A DNA stretch of 63,150 bases, the filler included, from Atractiella rhizophila (lineage: Eukaryota): NCBI GenBank assembly GCA_021432655.1. It is 4 parts of 4 records of this genome, joined end to end, with 100 filler letters (N's around TTAATTAATTAA, not from the genome) between each part and the next. Parts side by side here need not be neighbours in the genome. Positions count along the whole stretch, not along the records: positions 44,763 to 61,522 come from MU271578.1; positions 61,623 to 63,150 come from MU271579.1; 2 more parts are not named here. One strand, 5' to 3'. A program made the translations under genes and the position numbers. Shown here in pieces: positions 60,742 to 63,150 of this stretch; the stretch's first letter is position 1; each line of letters opens with the position of its first letter. The notes beneath the pieces are model-generated. The model was not told where the DNA came from and did not search any database. It saw only the letters and a list, made by a program, of their open reading frames with translations.

Positions 60742-61522
60742 ATGTTCAAAGCAGCTCCAAATCCTTACGATGAAGTTGTCGGTACGCTATCTTGTCTTGT
60801 TTTAGGCCGTCTGAAGCTGATTGAGCTAAACAGCGAAAGCGACGGACGAGAATCAGACTGGGGAGAATTGGGATCTTTACTTGTCGGTTTGGGAGAAGGT
60901 GAACGACGAAGGGGAACAAGGGTGCGTCGCGCTCTTTCGAATAATGTGAATAGACGGGTTATGTCTGCCAAAGGGCCAGGAACGTCGTTGCTGCGCTGCA
61001 GAAGAGATTGCAGCACCGGAACGCGAATGTCCAGATCCTTACTCTCAGCGTGAGCATACCTTGTCCTCGCACATCGCGCCATTTCCCTGAGTGCTCTCTA
61101 GTTGAGCGATAGCTTGGTGAACAACTGCACGCCAACTCTGCATCGAGAAATCGCAAGCAAAGCCTTCACCTCCATCCTGGTCAGGATCGTGAACGATCGA
61201 GTGAGTCACCACTCCGCCCCTTCCTTCCTTTACAGCCTTTCATAGAGCTTTTTCGTATAGAACACACATCCCACGGTCAAGACGAAGGTTCTGCAGCTCC
61301 TCAAAGCTTGGGTAAATGAATTCAGGTCTAACCCTGGTCTGGGACTTGTCGAGGAGGCTTTGGACTCGCTCAAGAGTCAAGGTACGTCCTCCCTCCTAGC
61401 TGCAATTCTTTCTCCAACCAGAGGCCATGCAGGCATCAACTTGGATGCAGTCGACGACACCAGCAACAACAACGCGGTCGGACGTACCGAAGAGGTGCCA
61501 GATGAGGTTCTCCGGCGAGAGG
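60742..61522 (+). CDS. HSE1: ESCRT-0 subunit Hse1/STAM, VHS domain, 3'-truncated by gap
   Basis: NPYDEVVAKATDENQTGENW..KRLQHRNANVQ..NC..HREIASKAFT; ends DEVLRRE just before the expected UIM. Confidence 0.85.
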
Positions 61523-61622
61523 NNNNNNNNNNNNNNNNNNNNNNNNNNNNNNNNNNNNNNNNNNNNTTAATTAATTAANNNNNNNNNNNNNNNNNNNNNN
61601 NNNNNNNNNNNNNNNNNNNNNN
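61523..61622. other. Assembly gap with TTAATTAATTAA filler
   Basis: N44-TTAATTAATTAA-N44. Confidence 0.97.
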
Positions 61623-63150
61623 CCAACTAGTGGGAGACGCAAGGACGTTTTCGCTTGAACCCACTGGTTATTTGGACCTGGCACCTGCGAAGGAGCAACG
61701 GGCTCAGGACTACGCTTTCGCTTTCCGAGGACCGATTGGTGTAGAGTCGCCGTCGTGACCTGTGACACCCTCACTGTATAAAGAGCGATTAGGGAACGAA
61801 CGAATGTTGAGAAAGAGGGACGGACCAAGAGGCGGCCACTCTCTGTCTTGCTCCATCTCTGAATCCAAATTTTCCGTATACCTGCCATGATAATCACTTC
61901 ACCAAGACGAACTTCTACTCCGATAAACGCCTACCCATCTGGAAAATCGCTCTCGCTGTCGGTTTCGCTGGACGATAGAATGTATGGAAGCCCGCGATTT
62001 TGCCCCGGGTGCAGCATTCTGTCTTTCGATGAGCACAATTCTCATATTGAGGAAAGCTTAAATACCCGATTCCCTGCAGGTTCATTATTCTGCGCTCTTC
62101 CAAGTGCGACGGGCAGGTGTACAGTCGGCCTCCCCACCAAGACGGCTTGCAGGTCCGCTGTGCTCAAGGATGAGTGCCCCACCTCTGGATTTACAACTAA
62201 AACCAACCTGATTCGCCACACATGACCCTTAATACAAGCTCAATCAGTTTATTATCAGAGATCGAAAGGCAACGAACCGCAGGATGATTGTTCCTGGAAG
62301 GTGCAACGGGTCTTTATAGTGGCGCAAGCCTTGCAGGACAATGAATGTCCGTCTGTAACCTCGCATTGAAGCTATGTCAAGGAATAAACGTCAGGTTAAG
62401 CTGTTCCTATCCTACTAGACCTTACCTGTCTGCTGATGCAGGAGTCTAGTGCGACATCAGGCATCAGGCTCCCATCCCTTGATTCAACAGGATGTCGACT
62501 TACCACATTTCAACTGGTTTGGAAGTGTGCAGTCTCGTCCAAGTTTACACTGAGCGCTCTCGTGAGCCTTTTCTTACAGCGTGGAGGAGCAGAAGCCCAC
62601 GCATTCTTCACAGCGGAAGCGATCATTTGCCAATGGCTTGCATATTAGCTAGAGATATGCCCATAAGCAAAGTACCAAGTGAATACACGTAGATGCACTA
62701 GCCTTGTTGGCAACGCAAACGCCTGCCAGGGGAGAACCCACATTACCCAAAGCCATTCTCAACAAAGAAACGGCTCACCGCAGGACTGGTTTGGCTCTCC
62801 ACGCTCCATCAAGTATCCCCTGAACCTCTAAGCTATAGCGAGACGTGCGTAATCATCAGCTGGATGAGGTGAAAGGAAGAGCAGATGAAACGAAAGACAA
62901 AAGGTCAAGGCAAGCAAACAATAACAAAGCAAAGTTCAGCAGGATCTAGATCCAGATCTCGATCAAAGTTCCGTCCGAAACTTTGAAAATAAACCTTACT
63001 GTAAACATCTTTCGACCAGACCATGCTTCATCACAAATTTGCTGGTTGCGCTCAGTTACCAAGAAGCGTCGTCAGCGGATGAAGGATACACAGATGGAGA
63101 TCGTGTATTGGCAGATCAAATGTGAGTTATCGAAGCTGAATAAGACTCGA

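Noticed and set aside
61623..63150. Short Cys-containing ORFs (CPGC, CPTSGFTTKTNLIRH)
   Set aside because: Incomplete zinc-finger pattern with stops; cannot support a gene call

Overview
Eukaryotic, intron-rich (~50-nt introns) fungal DNA, most likely a basidiomycete. Three 100-nt N gaps carry a TTAATTAATTAA filler (27854, 44663, 61523), so adjacency across them is unproven; a fourth plain gap lies at 60117. Bases 1-27.8 kb are an accessory-looking region. It holds three intron-containing tRNA-Asp(GTC) copies, a decayed 3.8-kb Helitron whose filled and empty A|T target sites are both visible, two head-to-tail mini-Helitrons and an LTR-like repeat family. It also holds two mitochondrial carriers, two apparently intact PNKP paralogues bracketing a Crinkler-type (Ubl-NTPase-REase) gene, and two diverged copies of an unannotated 3-exon 75-80-aa microprotein gene. 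Bases 28-44.6 kb are compact housekeeping: SAM carrier, three consecutive PTS1-ending enzymes (alpha/beta hydrolase, GNA1, MaoC dehydratase), FAP7, TRL1, GLE1, an Anp1/Mnn9 glycosyltransferase and an amino-acid permease. Bases 46.7-60.5 kb contain transketolase with, downstream of it on the minus strand, a ~6-kb tandem duplication in which F-box-like ORFs stay open while partial transketolase copies decay. A truncated HSE1/STAM gene follows.
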